From contig NC_134031.1 in NCBI RefSeq assembly GCF_964204645.1, positions 6,820,001-6,884,000 of the forward strand: a stretch of 64,000 nt of DNA, read 5' to 3'. This document shows positions 61,940 to 64,000 of this stretch, one piece after another. The translations under genes and the position numbers were made by a program. Source of the stretch: Tubulanus polymorphus. Its lineage: Eukaryota > Animalia > Nemertea. How positions within the stretch are numbered: the stretch's first letter is position 1; every line of letters begins with the position of its first letter. The notes below the pieces were generated by a model. The model was not told where the DNA came from, searched no databases, and saw only the letters and a program-made list of their open reading frames with translations.

Positions 61940-63005
61940 CTGTGAATGACAGAAAAACATTTGCTTTAAATAAAATTTTCGTCACTTAAGCTTCATGACA
62001 AGGGCCCAGTTTCACTTCAACTTTTAACTTGATATTTTGTTTCTTTGGGGCTGTTACAATATGTACGCAAAATCTGGCTTATTTTCACCTCCTGGCATTT
62101 TTACAGGGTTCTTACAGGTTGGCCAATTTCTTTTTCAATACCTTTTCCATACCCAGATTATAGATTTTCCATCCCTAAGTTACACATCGCCAACTTAGGC
62201 CAATAGGCTGATTCGAAATTTCCCATTCTGAACCCTATTTTTAGGCATTATGTAAATAGGGAGAAGCAGACATATTTGACACGCTCCCCATAGGCTACAT
62301 ACAATTTCAAGCATTTTGTCTACACGCATATAGAGAAAATTGGTTGTTTGGGGGTTTCTTTTTTTAATCTCGAAATTGGGAATTTCTCCTATATTTTTTG
62401 ACGCCTTATAAAACGTTACCATTATGAAACCTAAACAATGCTTACCATTCAGCGTCATTTTACAAACGACAACCGTAAATTGATGTGCAAAACGTCACAG
62501 GTTTATGTGTACACATACAAGCTATTTGGCAAAATATTATTGATAAAGATGTAGAATGGCTCCCTGTGATTATATAATGACCTCTATTTGAACGTCGGAA
62601 TGTTATATTGCATTGAATATCATGAGAAGACGTATTGTAATAGTAAAGGATGTATGATTATATCAGGAGCGGCAGGCATAAATAGAAATGATAAGTAAAT
62701 CGGATTATTCGGTTAAATGGCGGATGTATACACGATTTGGAAGTCTGATATAAAAGTCAGACCCTGTCATGGGGATGCTAGTGGAATGACGAAGCTATCT
62801 ACGATCTGAGTAGGGCCGGCGTGAATTTCATCGGCGGCTACAAGCGGTCTATATAAAAACGTGTAAACATATAATTTCAATATTCAAATGTTTTAGAAAA
62901 TATGTTCGATATTAGGCGTATGCAGGTTTCATGAGATTAGCAATTTATAATAGCATAGCTGTCATATACGGCTCCGCGTCCACTGATGGCATGTGTATAA
63001 GGTGA

Positions 63006-63365
63006 CAATTCAATTCAATACTTTATTGATCCTTATTACATTGAAATTCCGGGATAAAATTCCCAAATTCAATAAAGTTACAAATTTTAAACTAAGAAAA
63101 TACAAAATACAAGACACACGGGTAATTCATACAGAATAACATGTATAAGTTATTTAAATGACAATGTCTACTTCAACCCAGACTCAAGTCTAGGATATCG
63201 AGTGACAGCCAAACCGGGCCCCGGGACCGGGCCGGCTGGCTACACGATATGCTCGAAGTCATGATGAAGCAGACATTAGAAGAGCTCTTTCTTCAACCAT
63301 GGAGGCAATGAAGTTGCAGACCAGCTTAGAGGCAAAAGTGAATCGAAGTCGGTCACAAGTTGACA
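63006..63365 (-). mobile_element. 3' end of a non-LTR retrotransposon (LINE) with a (TTGAA)n-type tail
   Basis: Minus strand: short ORF remnant (..SKLVCNFIASMVEERALL..*), T-rich 3' UTR, then aataaag-tattgaattgaattg. Similar tails near 2905-2950, 17145-17170 and 22498-22545. Confidence 0.45.
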
Positions 63366-64000
63366 ATTTTTTTTTTTTAATTAGACCAGTCGAAGACTGT
63401 ATCATCTACCCAATCGCCAAATCTCATAATTCCCCAAATTTCTTATAACTTCGATTTCAAATTTGCAATTCCACATAAGCTTATCCCAGAAATTCTACAT
63501 TTTTTCGCAGGCGTCAAATAATCTATTAAAGTTAATTTTCTTGTTTCGATAAATTTTGATTTGAATTTTTTGTTTCCCTCACGAATCCACCATATCTGCC
63601 AGGAAAAAAACAGGGAATTTGATTTTGAAACCAGAAATCTGGAGTTGGATGGTGATTTACACAATTGATTTTCTTACAAGTTTTGGGATGTTCTTAACTT
63701 TGTTAGCCTAAAAAAATTGTTTCTCATTTCTGCCGAGCTTAAAGTCGACCAGGCTGGTCGCCTATATATAGTGTACAATACTTTTTTTCAATCATGATCA
63801 AGCTTACAATAACAGACCCGGCAGCTATAGAAATGAACTGATTACAAATGTCATTGCAGTTTACAAAATGACCCGGTTGATTAAGAGAAACGAGGTATCA
63901 TTTTTTTCAGCCTTAGTTCGAGCCCAAAAATTCTTATTGCATTAATCTTCTACTATTTTTTGGTGAAACTTAATTCTTCTCAATAACATCTCGAATCATC

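Overview
AT-rich, intron-containing eukaryotic (invertebrate metazoan-like) genomic DNA; no prokaryotic features, CRISPR arrays, rRNA or intact tRNA were seen. Six gene models were built by hand from GT-AG splice sites with matching reading phases. (1) A two-pore-domain (K2P/TWiK-type) potassium channel on the minus strand, 2 coding exons. (2) An unrecognised 4-exon, 289-aa putative single-pass membrane protein on the plus strand. (3) A complete 18-exon mind bomb-2 E3 ubiquitin ligase (891 aa) on the plus strand. (4, 5) Two tandem 4-exon sigma-1 receptor/ERG2-family paralogues on the minus strand, both lacking the canonical ligand-binding residues Y103/D126/E172. (6) The 3' part of a large C2H2 zinc-finger gene on the minus strand, built from phase-1 symmetric exons with an internally duplicated module. 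Introns and intergenic DNA are dense in non-autonomous transposons: a TTAA/CCC piggyBac-type MITE (9 copies), CAGGG-ended elements with 5-6 bp target-site duplications, a Helentron/HINE-like element, SINE and LINE fragments, and two Penelope-like relics with degenerate hammerhead-ribozyme motifs. All family assignments come from recognising motifs by eye; no database search was run.
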